From IMG/VR virus record IMGVR_UViG_3300012211_000003, positions 5,894-69,893 of that record: a stretch of 64,000 bases of DNA; one strand, given 5' to 3'. The stretch's first letter is position 1. Each line of letters starts with the position of its first letter. The translations under genes and the position numbers were made by a program. Below the pieces are notes generated by a model. The model saw nothing but the letters and a program-made list of their open reading frames with translations, was not told where the DNA came from and did no database searches. Below are positions 19,001 to 27,106 of the stretch, in pieces. This DNA comes from a virus.

Positions 19001-22000
19001 TCTCAGGAAGCGGTTACCAGACGAGAAAGCCAAAACCGACTGGACGGGCTTGGGCGAGCTTCCTGATGCCGATGGTGGCGAGCTGATCAAGATCAACAAG
19101 TATTATGAGAATCATCCCGAACAGATTCTGGGAACGCTTGATCGTCGATCGCGGCTCTACGGCAAAGGTAGTTCGCACGTAACCCGGACCAAGGATTTTG
19201 TTGAGCGCTTCGAGAAAGCTGTCGAGAACCTACCAAAAGACGTGATGTCCGAGCGGCCGAAGAATCCGGTCTTTGAGCCAAATAGACTGGTCGATGACGG
19301 AGATACCAAGCAGGGCGGGTTCGCAATCAAAGACGGTAAGCTATTCGTCAAAGAAGGCGACGACCTGATAGAGCAATCTGCCAGTCCAGCGGAGATTGCG
19401 CGTATTCAGGGAATGCTCGATGTCCGGGATGCTCTTCGAAAAGTAATCAACGCTCAGCTTGAGCATCAGGGCGAGACGGCAACAGCCGCAGCTCGCAAGG
19501 AACTCAACAAGGCCTACGATCAGTTTGTTAAAAAACACGGCTATCTCCACGAGCCCGCAAACGCGCGCGCGATGATGGACGATCCGGACAAGTATGTATT
19601 ACTTGCGCTGGAAGACTACAACCCTGAGACAAAGAAGGCGACGAAGACCGCGGCCTTCACCCAGAACACAATCAGGGTCTATGAACGACCGGAAAAGGCA
19701 GATAACGTCGGGAGTGCCGTGGGTATCAGTCTCAGCGAATACGGCAAGGTCGACATTCCCAGAATCGCGGGACTGGTCGGAAAGAGTGAAGCGCAGGTTA
19801 GTAAGACTCTCGTAAAGGACGGGCTTGCCTTTCAGAATCCAAACGGCACTTGGGAAACGGCAGACATTTACCTCTCCGGCAATGTCAGGCAGAAACTCGC
19901 ACAGGCACAGGAGGCAGCAGCGGTTGACAAGCAATTCCAGCCGAATGTCGATGCGCTGTCAAAGATTCAGCCTGAAGATCTGGATTACACTGACATCGAT
20001 GCAAAACTTGGCTCGCCGTGGATTGCCCCTTCAGATGTCGCGCAGTTCATGGCGGACAAACTCGGTGGTCGTCCTGAGAACTACAAGGTTAGCTACCTTG
20101 TCGGTCAGGGTCAGTGGATGGCCGACTATGCAAGGAGGAATAGTCCTCTTGAGTTTTCCGAGAAGGCGCGAAAAGTTTACGGTACTCCGCGCGCAAACTT
20201 CATTGATATTGTTCAGTCGGCTTTGTCGGATAAGCCAATACTGATCTACGATGGATCAAAAGAAACCCGCGTGCTAAATGCTCAGGAAAGCGCAGATGCA
20301 AACGCCAAGGTCGCGGAAATAAAGACCCTGTTCAAAGAATGGCTCTGGGAAGACGAGGAGCGCCGGACAAGACTCCATCGCTACTACAACGACAATTTCA
20401 ACAACATTCGGCTGGTCAAATACGATGCGCGGCATTATAAGGACGAAGACGGTCAGTATCGATTACCGGGAATGAACCCAGCAATCAGCCTCCGACCGCA
20501 TCAAGCAAACGCAATCTGGCAGATTATCAGTCAGGGTCGGGCGTTGCTCGCCCACGAAGTCGGGACTGGCAAGACCTTCGCGATGGTTGGCGCGGCAATG
20601 GAAATGCGTCGGATGGGATTGGCAAACAAACCGGCCATTGCGGTACCAAAGTCGATCATCGAAGGATTTCTGGCAGATGCCCAGCGATTGTATCCAAACG
20701 CGAAGATCATCACACCTGGAGCGAAGTTCACCAAGGACACGAGGAAGCAGACGGTCGCGCGGATTGCGACCGGTGACTACGATCTGGTTGTCCTAACCCA
20801 TGACAATCTGGATATGTTACCCATGCACCCGGACGTTGTTCGAGATTTCGTTAACCGGGAACTGGACGAACTGGAAGCCGCGATCAGAGCGTCACAGGCG
20901 GAGGATGCGAGCAAGGGTAACAAGGTCGTAAAACAATTAGAGAAAGCGAAAGCCAAACTGGAAGCCCGGCTAAAGGAAGCTGTTGAAGGATCGAAAACCG
21001 ACGACGCTGTGTACTTTGAACATACCGGCGTCGACTTCCTGTTCGTCGATGAAGCCCACAAATACAAGAGTCTTCCGGTCTACAGCGCACGCCAGAGGGT
21101 CAAGGGTATCCCGACCAGCCGGAGCGATAGAGCAACCAATATGCTGATGCGTACTCGCTGGTTGATCGAGCAAAACAAGAATCGCGGAGTGGTCTTTGCC
21201 ACAGGTACACCGGTCGCCAACACGATGGTCGAACTCTACAACATGCAGAAATACCTGCAATACCAGGATTTGGTTGATCGTGGCATTCAGGCGTTCGATG
21301 CCTGGGCAAATACCTTTGGCGATACGACAACTAAGATGGAAGTCGGGGTAACCGGAGATTACTCGGCGGTCACCCGGTTTGCGAAGTACTCGAACCTTCC
21401 TGAACTACTGGCGCTCAGTCGTCAGATTATGGACGTCCAAAGAGTAGATGATCTTGGCGGTACGGTCGTCCGACCAAAGCGAAATGACCAGGTGGTAAGC
21501 ATTCCAATCTCCGACAGCCAGACCGCTTTCATGAACGACATCAAACGTCGGGCTGTCGCGATCAAGAATCGGAAGGTCGAACCGAAGGTCGACAATATGC
21601 TGAAGCTCAGCTCGGATGCCCGCAAGGTCTCGATGGACATCAGGCTGGTCCGTGGCGGAAGGGAAGACGCGAAGAACAAGGCAAAAGCCGTAGCCGGTGA
21701 AGTCCTGAGACTTTGGAAGAAACAACCGACCAGAACGCAAATGATCTTCTCTGACATCGGAGTTAACAAGACCGAGTGGGGATTCTCGATGTATGACGAG
21801 ATTACGAAGCTACTCGTCAAAGGAGGAATGCCGAAAGATAAGATCATCGACTTTGCGACCCTGACAGAGAAGCAGAAAACGGGCGCCATTGAACGATTGG
21901 CAACCGGGAAGGCGTTAGTAGCCATCGGCGGAACTGACAAGCTGGGAACTGGCGTCAATGCTCAGAAGTATTTGATTGCGCTTCACCATATCGACGTTCC

Positions 22001-25000
22001 GTGGCTTCCGGCAGCGGTCGAACAGCGCGACGGTCGAGGCTGGCGACAAGGGAACGATCTAGCGCAGGAAGGGAAACCGCTTCAGATATACCGATATGTC
22101 ACGACCAACAGTTTCGATACCTTCATGTGGCAACTGGTCGACGCCAAATCGAAGTTCATCCGTCAGGCGATGCAAGGCGACTTGAAACAGCGGACGTTCA
22201 AAGACGAGGACTCAGAAGAGCTTTCGCCGGCAAAGGTCATGGCTATCGCTTCGGGCAATCCCGACCTTTTGAGAAAGGTTCAGGTTGACGAAGATGTCCA
22301 GCAATTGGAGGCCTCGGAACGGCGCCACACCAAAGCACAGAACGCGCTGAAAGATTCAGAGAAGAAGTTGAAGCGCGAGGCCCAGCCGTACCTGGACCGA
22401 ATTGCCAAGTACGAGGAAGAATACGAGACTCTGAAGCGTAAAGATGATGAAAAGTTCTCAATAGATATAAACGGCAAGAGATATGACAAGCGAGAGGAAG
22501 CTGGGAAAGCTCTTGAGACTTATCTGACGACGCTGCCGGAAGATGCTCATACCAAGATTGGCGAGTTTCGAGGCTGGGACATTATCTATCAGAAAGGTAA
22601 CGCTTATCTTGGCAAAGGCAAAGAGCTCGGACGTAATAACTACAACTTCAACCTGAACATTGAGGATGGCGAATCCACTATCAGTTCGATTGAGCATATT
22701 CCACAGAGCATAAAGAACCGGATCAAATCGACTGAGGCCAGCCGCCAACAGGGGGTCGCGGACCTCGAAGCCGTCCAGAAGGAAATCGGGAAACCGTTTA
22801 AGCAGGCCGACGAGCTGTCTGCAAAGAAAGCCGAACAGATAGAACTGGAAAGACGGTTATCAGAGAAAAGGGAAACACCGACCGATAACATCGAAGCCGT
22901 GCCGTTCGATCCATTCGACGGTGAAGAGCCGCTTGAATTCAATACACCGGAATCGACGGAGCCTGACTCGAAGAAGTATTTCCTCTATAACCAGGGAGCG
23001 GGAGAGTTCCAGGAAGTCAAAGGAGCTAAACCGCTGGAGATTCCCGGCTTTGAGGATATGGATCTGTATATCCACAAGACCGATGATGGATGGTCAATTG
23101 GCGAAGGCCGAACCGGGATGCTCGTCGGGGGTGGCAAGACCAAACAGGCGGCGATTGCCGACGCCACGAAGAAGCTGACGAACGCCACGCCTGAGAAGAT
23201 CAAGCAGTTGATGGCGGCGGCGGTCGAGAAACAGGGCGAATCTCCGCGAGTGAAATCACGCAGGGGCGAGCCCTCCGGCAAATCCCCGATCGTAGCCGCT
23301 CCGTCTCTCGGCGGTGGAAGCGGCAAAGGCACGCCGATCCTGACAAAGATCAAAGACTGGAACAAGGCACGAATAGCAGCGAAACCAGTGGCGATCAAAG
23401 AACCTGGTGGTTTCCGTGCGACCTTCTCAGATATGTTCACTCGTAACGGCGCGAAACTCCGAGCTGAGAACGTAGAAGCTTTCGAGGCGTTCATAAAGGC
23501 CGCATCATCAAATGCTCAGTCGTATAACCTGATGCGAAAGAATGTTCCGGCAATTGAGGAAGCGGCAAAGATGAAGTTCTCAAACTTCGCGTTGCACTTA
23601 ATTGAGTCTCGATTGAGGGGAATCCGACAACGCTACCAGGATATTGCCGATGAAGTATCGATAATCAGCGACGATGATCTGGTCGAAGCTTTCAACCAGG
23701 ATCACGGATTTGCCGACATTCTCGACAACATTGCTGGGAAACGTGATTTGGGCGACAACTTGCGCGCCGAGGCTGAGACTCTGCTGTCTGACGGTGATCT
23801 CGACGGCTTGCGGACATTCATCTACGACAAACTGCTGGCTGCTGCCGACGCCGTGGGTACGATCCCATTCAGCCCGAACTATTCATTCGAGAAGGCAATT
23901 GAAAACGAGGGGTTCAAGAAAGCTCTGGAAATCTACAAGGAGCATTTCGAGAAACCGTTGGCTGAAAATCACGTGCAGAATGAGGGAGTGTTTAGTGACG
24001 CGCTGGGACCGCTCGATACCTATTATCCGCTGATTGCCAAGAACGAGGACGGCGAACTTGTCGGTAAAGGTGGGGCGATTCCCGGACAGCGGGCGCCACT
24101 GGCAAAACCGCGCAACATCGCCAATCGATTTGCCACGGGACTGGCTGAGCAATACAGCGCCGAGGCTGCGGACCTGCAAGACCGAATTAGACAGGCGTTC
24201 AAGGGCAACAACATGGCTGCGTTCTATCAGATCCTCGAAGACGAAGGAATCACAGTCCCGTATAAGTCCGGTCCAACCCTGCCCGGTTACATCAAAAAGG
24301 ACGCTGGTCCGTACACTCGCATCCTGAAAGATGGAAAGACGATCAGCGTCAAAGCTCGTCAGGTTCAAGTCCCTGAATGGCTCTGGCGCGAAATCTCCCC
24401 AATGATCGAACAGAAGATACACGGGAAGTCACTGCCCGGCCGGTTATTCAGGAAACTGACCGGACTGGGATTAGTCGGCTTGCTCGAACCGGCGATACAC
24501 AGCCAGAACATCGTGAAGACGTTGACGACCAGTACGCCGTTTATATTCAAGAACCCGCTTCAGACGACAATCGGCAAGACTCCGATCCTGAAGGCGCTCG
24601 ACATCGTGGCGAACATTGTCACCAATCTGCCGGTGTTGACGAAACCTATCGCCGCAGGCGTGAAGATCCTCTCGACATCGACAAAGAGCCAGAAGGCAAT
24701 GCGTAATAAGCGACGACTGGCCGACGCCGGAGCCTTGCCGGAAAAGACTGGGAGTATCACCTTCAGTAAAAAGATTGCCGAACAGACTGGGGCGAAACGC
24801 TCGCTGTCAATGGGACCGATTTTGTATGGGCCATCGGGGATTGATACGCGCGCACGACTGGCAATGCTCGACATCCTCGACGCGATGAATCCGGACGCTA
24901 CAAACGCCGAGATATTCGACTTTGTAAACAACCTGGGGATTTATAACCGGGCACTTGAACCGCAGTTAGGTCGGTTCGTCAAAGACCTGGGGATTGGACC

Positions 25001-26264
25001 GTTCTATACCGCAGGCTCGACCAGAATCAGGAACGGCGTCCGTGCGCTGACTCTCCAGCACGATATTCCGGCCGCTGGTGGTTCAGGCGGTGGTAAGGGC
25101 GCTGGCGGCGGTCCAAAAGCTGGGCCGGGCGCAGAGTACACGGCAGGCGACAGAGCGGCCTACGTCATCGCCCAAGCTCTTTCTGGCGGAATTATCGGCC
25201 TGCTGGCAATGTGGGTTTTGCTGCACTATGCATATCGAAAGAAATTCCCCTGGCAGGAAGAAGACGCGAAGTTACTGCAGATCAAACTCAATGACGACGA
25301 CCGGAAATCTGACGCCGCAAACGCGCTCTATGGTAAAGGTGACAACGGTGCATACATCGGGCTCGACTTCAGTTCACATATTCCCAGTGCTACCCGCGCA
25401 CTCGGGATGGCTGGTTATTTCAATACCACTCAGGCTGGTGGTACAGTCGGGCAGTCGCTCGAAAAGGGAATGGCGGATTCCATTAGTGGACTGACTCAGC
25501 CGTTGATCAGCGCTCCCGGTATACATATGGGCTCAGTCGCGATCTTCGGAAAAGAGCCACGATTGACCGGGATGCGAGACGTTGAAGGAAACTTCGGGCC
25601 GCAGTTTGCAGCGGCAGCGCCAAAACACGAACCCGGTTGGAAACAATTTAGTTCTAATCTGGCAAACGGTATATTGGGCGTCAACGGTTTCCTCAAGAAT
25701 GTGGCTGGTGTTGGCGGTGTCGGATACGAGGGTCAACGCGACGACGACAAGACCAAGACCGCGAAACTGATGTCCCTGGTGGTTAATCTGGCCGCGCCGG
25801 GGCTCATCAAAGGAACGTCTGACGTCACTGACGATTCGATCAGACTGGCATTGCAAAGACAGAACACCGACGAGAACGCGACAAAGCCACTGCGCGATCA
25901 GTTTATCAAACAGATGCGATCAGGTGGCGACCTGGACAAACTGCACGATGACATCGCAGCCGCCTATCAAGCGGGTAAACTGCGAGAATCGGACATCAAC
26001 CAAATCTACGACAAAGGTTCTCAGGGTCACACGGAAGAGCGCTGGAAGACCTTAAACGGTCGAAATGCCATCGACGTGTTTGTCAATCATATGACACCGG
26101 AGCAACAGGAAAAGACGGTTAAGCTCCAGCAAAAGAACGGTGACTCGGTACTCGGTCGTCGGCGCGCACAGTATGCGGAATCGCTACCAGAGAGCCAAAG
26201 GGATACCGATCCGTTGCTGATGAAACTTGATAAGTTGTGGGATGATCTTTTATCGAAGAAATAA
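13044..26264 (+). CDS. Giant DarB-like polyvalent virion protein (4406 aa): SLT lytic transglycosylase, GGDEF-like domain, repeats, N6-adenine MTase, SNF2-type helicase, unknown C-terminal region
   Basis: SLT: QESG, GAIGVTQLMP, ALAAYNAG (~13164-13517). GGDEF-like: DIDGFK.YN...GH...D, SGDEF (15855-15869). MTase: VLEPSMGIGNF, NVPF (~18530-18745). Helicase: LRPHQ, HEVGTGKT, DEAH, ATGTP, QRDGRGWRQGN (~20490-22055). Confidence 0.92.
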   Translation: MLLDPVELDPSEIQQDKPVAPPKPEPVELDSSEISTPDLKDPQELVKRYATERGIDPGIAHRWATQESGYNQKAISPKGAIGVTQLMPNTAARLGVDPHDLQQNIEGGTRELRRLIDKYGGDQRMALAAYNAGEGAVDSHGGIPPYKETQDYVNTIAGKQAKPVEVDPSEITTKPIELDPSEFTVEQPEAAQPAQASPFTAANRPGFGHPAQSQSPFNAANRPGFAPPKPGSVPDVLSRLQSPTTGQEVGSVSGRPTATPHQGQGIQTPVGQRNNLYEVPEQTQARVKIERNSALMEAATAATPEARRAAIVKLAGYGPLSDEEKRTLGVGQNDALGYASSFGTGVADTGLSALGAVGRVLSTPGIPGTQGVGQSISDFADNRRKEVDALANVFNKENVSGHALNTAGRVAPQLLAAVAAAPETLAAKIAYWDATTAALGFGRGETPEQYIKEGLAATPMVVGSEAFAAVGESLAPAVAKALGNGPTTLFVSKQVPMMVSIFGNAPTQGMLVRVAGGDEQAATSAVALSVFMGLLHAKLPTDVEYGKAALENLRAADESAGNTRFADLTEKLADVANRTGEDPQAAEHFAARTVDEARRGGETAIRNLENIFKDVGELPPAEGPAAQDAQPGAPVVPSSPAGTPVTQPEQLTGNRAFWEMTKQEVQDRAGGAVAPEMLAQMHEDSVRDALARGEIVPPQVLAEFPELQSRSASSVAPESAAVPTQESTTAPEDQRLPGHKLLNDNGIIDAQIRQMTPEEVSQKLNKIRLGVEPATTPAESQAIDRQVQRLSKQGVKDFSPTETYGEEPVNDRRAESRGPDRRGEDRRQAEGLGPGGEERRIGPRRTQIKNMTLDEARQAAGISKKTGLPNYEVFHDDQQDMQQSHPHVGYADIDGFKAYNHILGHKGVDESVLPAVGAVFRESAAQEPEGSVKVYHRSGDEFLFRSDDPARVSRIVERANKVLDDMTFTYQTPGGKILTTKGLGFSHGTGSDEDEAEAAANLDKQVRKAAGLRTGERDIPDVGTGSATGEQVAQGNVTKRKDVSSEVKEEGNAVKPTENKGRVSTEHEGTEQRPAPPGNEPQVRRAKSEQNRRGDQLQGAGEKTEVKQPWQMTRKEFRNKYWVHFDLRPDPESRVDEMMKGIKSGWGSPDLNFEKRADLPERAPARGWSTSTGQDKAGNRAYVLPQSALKSNGRGFKPGTVPVATTVLQREGQSVHHRLIEEALERGDNVPEKVLAEYPDLQGKARKPDEESQNQGISPEVAENFKPLEAEVTRPDSVLRQHIDATISNPSVDNRTALHDAAVEELGHVEDPAVREQHAAAIVDEVVDRSESGDTEGRTEETEPESITYRYQAADTGKRGHHTVEGKPVTIPGFEQFDLYIYRTEGGKGLPDSWSVNEGTTGSRIAKAFSEEQAIEHATATLKKAGVDGFKKVIADWIEKHGTIKGYAPPAKRQPFKTPEKPVLPPDQRYYIASKTGTFEEVEGKRFTIPEHPDLDVFTHRSRSGQSWMASEGTTGHAITDYTPTIKDAKQEAAFTVERMGIDKFRSSIADTLEKNGGTPRYKSVDTRPKEPTIEPTEATNEPATTQTRPPRTNGKTPLGAKPTEQVPGTATPGRTKRGTTERPGESEGPVRRPSEQGSEPGTGEGAGVGRPHTTETGERPAGTVGEGTGERPDATGSRPVAEVIEETAPLGGYRPAAPKHAGDFYLDDPALITSGGAKTKLQRNIAAIRLVRNITAEGRPATAEEQKILAQFTGFGQFPAVFNQYAPEGKEYSKERDIILGKGDEPGLLEGPELAAAKRSTLNAHYTSPEVVKRMWDIARRLGFDGGRVLEPSMGIGNFFALMPRDLHGKSRLTGIELDQMTGQMARLLYPESNIQIKGFEKHNIPDNFYDFAIGNVPFGDYKINDKDYNRFQANIHDYFFLRSLDKVRPGGLLMFITSTGTLDKLDSKIRDALVDKADLVGAMRFPENTFQESAGTAVVTDLIILRKRLPDEKAKTDWTGLGELPDADGGELIKINKYYENHPEQILGTLDRRSRLYGKGSSHVTRTKDFVERFEKAVENLPKDVMSERPKNPVFEPNRLVDDGDTKQGGFAIKDGKLFVKEGDDLIEQSASPAEIARIQGMLDVRDALRKVINAQLEHQGETATAAARKELNKAYDQFVKKHGYLHEPANARAMMDDPDKYVLLALEDYNPETKKATKTAAFTQNTIRVYERPEKADNVGSAVGISLSEYGKVDIPRIAGLVGKSEAQVSKTLVKDGLAFQNPNGTWETADIYLSGNVRQKLAQAQEAAAVDKQFQPNVDALSKIQPEDLDYTDIDAKLGSPWIAPSDVAQFMADKLGGRPENYKVSYLVGQGQWMADYARRNSPLEFSEKARKVYGTPRANFIDIVQSALSDKPILIYDGSKETRVLNAQESADANAKVAEIKTLFKEWLWEDEERRTRLHRYYNDNFNNIRLVKYDARHYKDEDGQYRLPGMNPAISLRPHQANAIWQIISQGRALLAHEVGTGKTFAMVGAAMEMRRMGLANKPAIAVPKSIIEGFLADAQRLYPNAKIITPGAKFTKDTRKQTVARIATGDYDLVVLTHDNLDMLPMHPDVVRDFVNRELDELEAAIRASQAEDASKGNKVVKQLEKAKAKLEARLKEAVEGSKTDDAVYFEHTGVDFLFVDEAHKYKSLPVYSARQRVKGIPTSRSDRATNMLMRTRWLIEQNKNRGVVFATGTPVANTMVELYNMQKYLQYQDLVDRGIQAFDAWANTFGDTTTKMEVGVTGDYSAVTRFAKYSNLPELLALSRQIMDVQRVDDLGGTVVRPKRNDQVVSIPISDSQTAFMNDIKRRAVAIKNRKVEPKVDNMLKLSSDARKVSMDIRLVRGGREDAKNKAKAVAGEVLRLWKKQPTRTQMIFSDIGVNKTEWGFSMYDEITKLLVKGGMPKDKIIDFATLTEKQKTGAIERLATGKALVAIGGTDKLGTGVNAQKYLIALHHIDVPWLPAAVEQRDGRGWRQGNDLAQEGKPLQIYRYVTTNSFDTFMWQLVDAKSKFIRQAMQGDLKQRTFKDEDSEELSPAKVMAIASGNPDLLRKVQVDEDVQQLEASERRHTKAQNALKDSEKKLKREAQPYLDRIAKYEEEYETLKRKDDEKFSIDINGKRYDKREEAGKALETYLTTLPEDAHTKIGEFRGWDIIYQKGNAYLGKGKELGRNNYNFNLNIEDGESTISSIEHIPQSIKNRIKSTEASRQQGVADLEAVQKEIGKPFKQADELSAKKAEQIELERRLSEKRETPTDNIEAVPFDPFDGEEPLEFNTPESTEPDSKKYFLYNQGAGEFQEVKGAKPLEIPGFEDMDLYIHKTDDGWSIGEGRTGMLVGGGKTKQAAIADATKKLTNATPEKIKQLMAAAVEKQGESPRVKSRRGEPSGKSPIVAAPSLGGGSGKGTPILTKIKDWNKARIAAKPVAIKEPGGFRATFSDMFTRNGAKLRAENVEAFEAFIKAASSNAQSYNLMRKNVPAIEEAAKMKFSNFALHLIESRLRGIRQRYQDIADEVSIISDDDLVEAFNQDHGFADILDNIAGKRDLGDNLRAEAETLLSDGDLDGLRTFIYDKLLAAADAVGTIPFSPNYSFEKAIENEGFKKALEIYKEHFEKPLAENHVQNEGVFSDALGPLDTYYPLIAKNEDGELVGKGGAIPGQRAPLAKPRNIANRFATGLAEQYSAEAADLQDRIRQAFKGNNMAAFYQILEDEGITVPYKSGPTLPGYIKKDAGPYTRILKDGKTISVKARQVQVPEWLWREISPMIEQKIHGKSLPGRLFRKLTGLGLVGLLEPAIHSQNIVKTLTTSTPFIFKNPLQTTIGKTPILKALDIVANIVTNLPVLTKPIAAGVKILSTSTKSQKAMRNKRRLADAGALPEKTGSITFSKKIAEQTGAKRSLSMGPILYGPSGIDTRARLAMLDILDAMNPDATNAEIFDFVNNLGIYNRALEPQLGRFVKDLGIGPFYTAGSTRIRNGVRALTLQHDIPAAGGSGGGKGAGGGPKAGPGAEYTAGDRAAYVIAQALSGGIIGLLAMWVLLHYAYRKKFPWQEEDAKLLQIKLNDDDRKSDAANALYGKGDNGAYIGLDFSSHIPSATRALGMAGYFNTTQAGGTVGQSLEKGMADSISGLTQPLISAPGIHMGSVAIFGKEPRLTGMRDVEGNFGPQFAAAAPKHEPGWKQFSSNLANGILGVNGFLKNVAGVGGVGYEGQRDDDKTKTAKLMSLVVNLAAPGLIKGTSDVTDDSIRLALQRQNTDENATKPLRDQFIKQMRSGGDLDKLHDDIAAAYQAGKLRESDINQIYDKGSQGHTEERWKTLNGRNAIDVFVNHMTPEQQEKTVKLQQKNGDSVLGRRRAQYAESLPESQRDTDPLLMKLDKLWDDLLSKK
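16198..16362 (+). CDS. Nested +1-frame small basic protein (54 aa, MPLNPQKTKAAFQQNMRELNKG...KASKIDAAISYKEQEKKPK), not in the ORF track
   Basis: AAGGAGG at 16185-16191, ATG at 16198, TAA at 16360-16362; matches the pattern of small phage proteins MPL....S...IS.NI.E...G...QA.AIA (DUF6496-like, recalled from memory). Confidence 0.65.
   Translation: MPLNPQKTKAAFQQNMRELNKGPHHRAMSRKYGEQKASKIDAAISYKEQEKKPK
17785..18165 (+). CDS. Nested +1-frame TnpV-like helical protein (126 aa)
   Basis: GGAGG at 17774-17778, ATG at 17785; LGPLGRMAKRHWEQNLPNKYQELQHQGGLKEALLSAQERA resembles the TnpV pattern G.yGRM...yl.e..P..Y..L...G.L...L......A. Confidence 0.7.
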   Translation: MSQPQRKLGPLGRMAKRHWEQNLPNKYQELQHQGGLKEALLSAQERAKDQFADRVSKGQNPEQAREQALADHILLKPESDQPEPWEKERANDQMQQAVDQSLKSSKKRRHSAGTGPQPQNTPEIST

Positions 26265-26267
26265 CTG

Positions 26268-26296
26268 TTGACAAATCCGAGATTCTGTTGAAAATA
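26268..26296 (+). promoter_or_regulatory. Sigma70-like promoter upstream of the ncRNA candidate
   Basis: TTGACA at 26268-26273 and GAAAAT at 26290-26295. Confidence 0.5.
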
Positions 26297-26331
26297 GTTT
26301 TCGCGATCATCTGATCTTTATATCCAGCAAA

Positions 26332-26485
26332 GGGAGCGAACCGGGTATCCAGTCCCGGCCCGAGGGCATGGTAGTCTGACAAGCGCTGATTGAGTGTCAG
26401 ACCGACCCAGACGAGTTTCTTGTAGCCGAAGATGCAGGGGATGAGTTATGGCGTAAGGTACTACGAATCAGCCGGTGCAGTTCCC
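26332..26485 (+). ncRNA. Candidate stand-alone structured RNA (family not recognised)
   Basis: Closing helix GGGAGC/GTTCCC, several internal hairpins and a possible pseudoknot GCTGATT/AATCAGC; lies between a promoter and a terminator with no credible ORF. Confidence 0.55.
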
Positions 26486-26498
26486 GCTTAACGAAAGA

Positions 26499-26541
26499 GA
26501 AACCCGATAGCGCGTCAAAACGTTGTCGGGTTTTTCGCTTT
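26499..26541 (+). terminator. Intrinsic terminator
   Basis: GAAACCCGATAGCG / CGTTGTCGGGTTTT stem followed by a T-rich tract. Confidence 0.75.
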
Positions 26542-26609
26542 CCGAAACCCGCGCCGGTCAACGGTTTACAGAATTAATTTAGCAATCTGCATTTTCCTAC
26601 AAATAGTAG

Positions 26610-26639
26610 TTGACATACAAATACGACTTAGCGTATAAG
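26610..26639 (+). promoter_or_regulatory. Sigma70-like promoter, probably giving a leaderless mRNA
   Basis: TTGACA-18nt-TATAAG; ATG 26647 lies 7 nt after the -10 box; no SD. Confidence 0.7.
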
Positions 26640-26646
26640 TACGCCT

Positions 26647-26832
26647 ATGGAAAACGACATCAGGAAAACGATCAAAGTTCCAGAATCGACGCACGGCAAA
26701 ATCAAGCTTGCGGCGGTCCTGGCGAGTGAGAACATTTCCCAATTACTGGATAGGCTTGCTGGTGCGGAGATCGAGGCGCGGAGTGCCAAGCCCGCAAAGA
26801 AACGAGGCAAATCCAATGGCAAGACCAACTAA
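26647..26832 (+). CDS. Ribbon-helix-helix-like DNA-binding protein
   Basis: RKTIKVPESTHGKIKLAA...ISQLLDRL strand-helix-helix pattern. Confidence 0.7.
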   Translation: MENDIRKTIKVPESTHGKIKLAAVLASENISQLLDRLAGAEIEARSAKPAKKRGKSNGKTN

Positions 26833-27106
26833 GGCAGAACGGGATTTACGCGACCTGAGAACGAAACTGGCGGTCGCCGAGCAGGGTAAAAAGAACTGGA
26901 TGGACGAGGCCGACGAGTGGCGCAAGAAAACGGGGGAGATAGAAACGCGGCTTGAGGCAAGGACTTCGTCTGCTAAGCGTGACGTTGAAATTCTGATCAA
27001 AGATGTCGAGGGCTACAAATCTGAAGTCACCCGACTAAATGAAAAGGTGCTGCATCTTCAGGCGCAGATCGGCCGGATATGTATCGAGAAAGGAATCGTC
27101 CGATGA
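26816..27106 (+). CDS. Coiled-coil hypothetical protein
   Basis: GAGG SD, ATG at 26816; heptad pattern. Confidence 0.6.
   Translation: MARPTKAERDLRDLRTKLAVAEQGKKNWMDEADEWRKKTGEIETRLEARTSSAKRDVEILIKDVEGYKSEVTRLNEKVLHLQAQIGRICIEKGIVR

Noticed and set aside
18187-25770. Other same-strand alternative-frame ORFs inside the giant gene (for example 19825-20244, 23674-24033, 24377-24706, 25078-25494)
   Set aside because: They have no SD-ATG pairs, show R/S-rich shadow-frame composition and overlap conserved main-frame domains.
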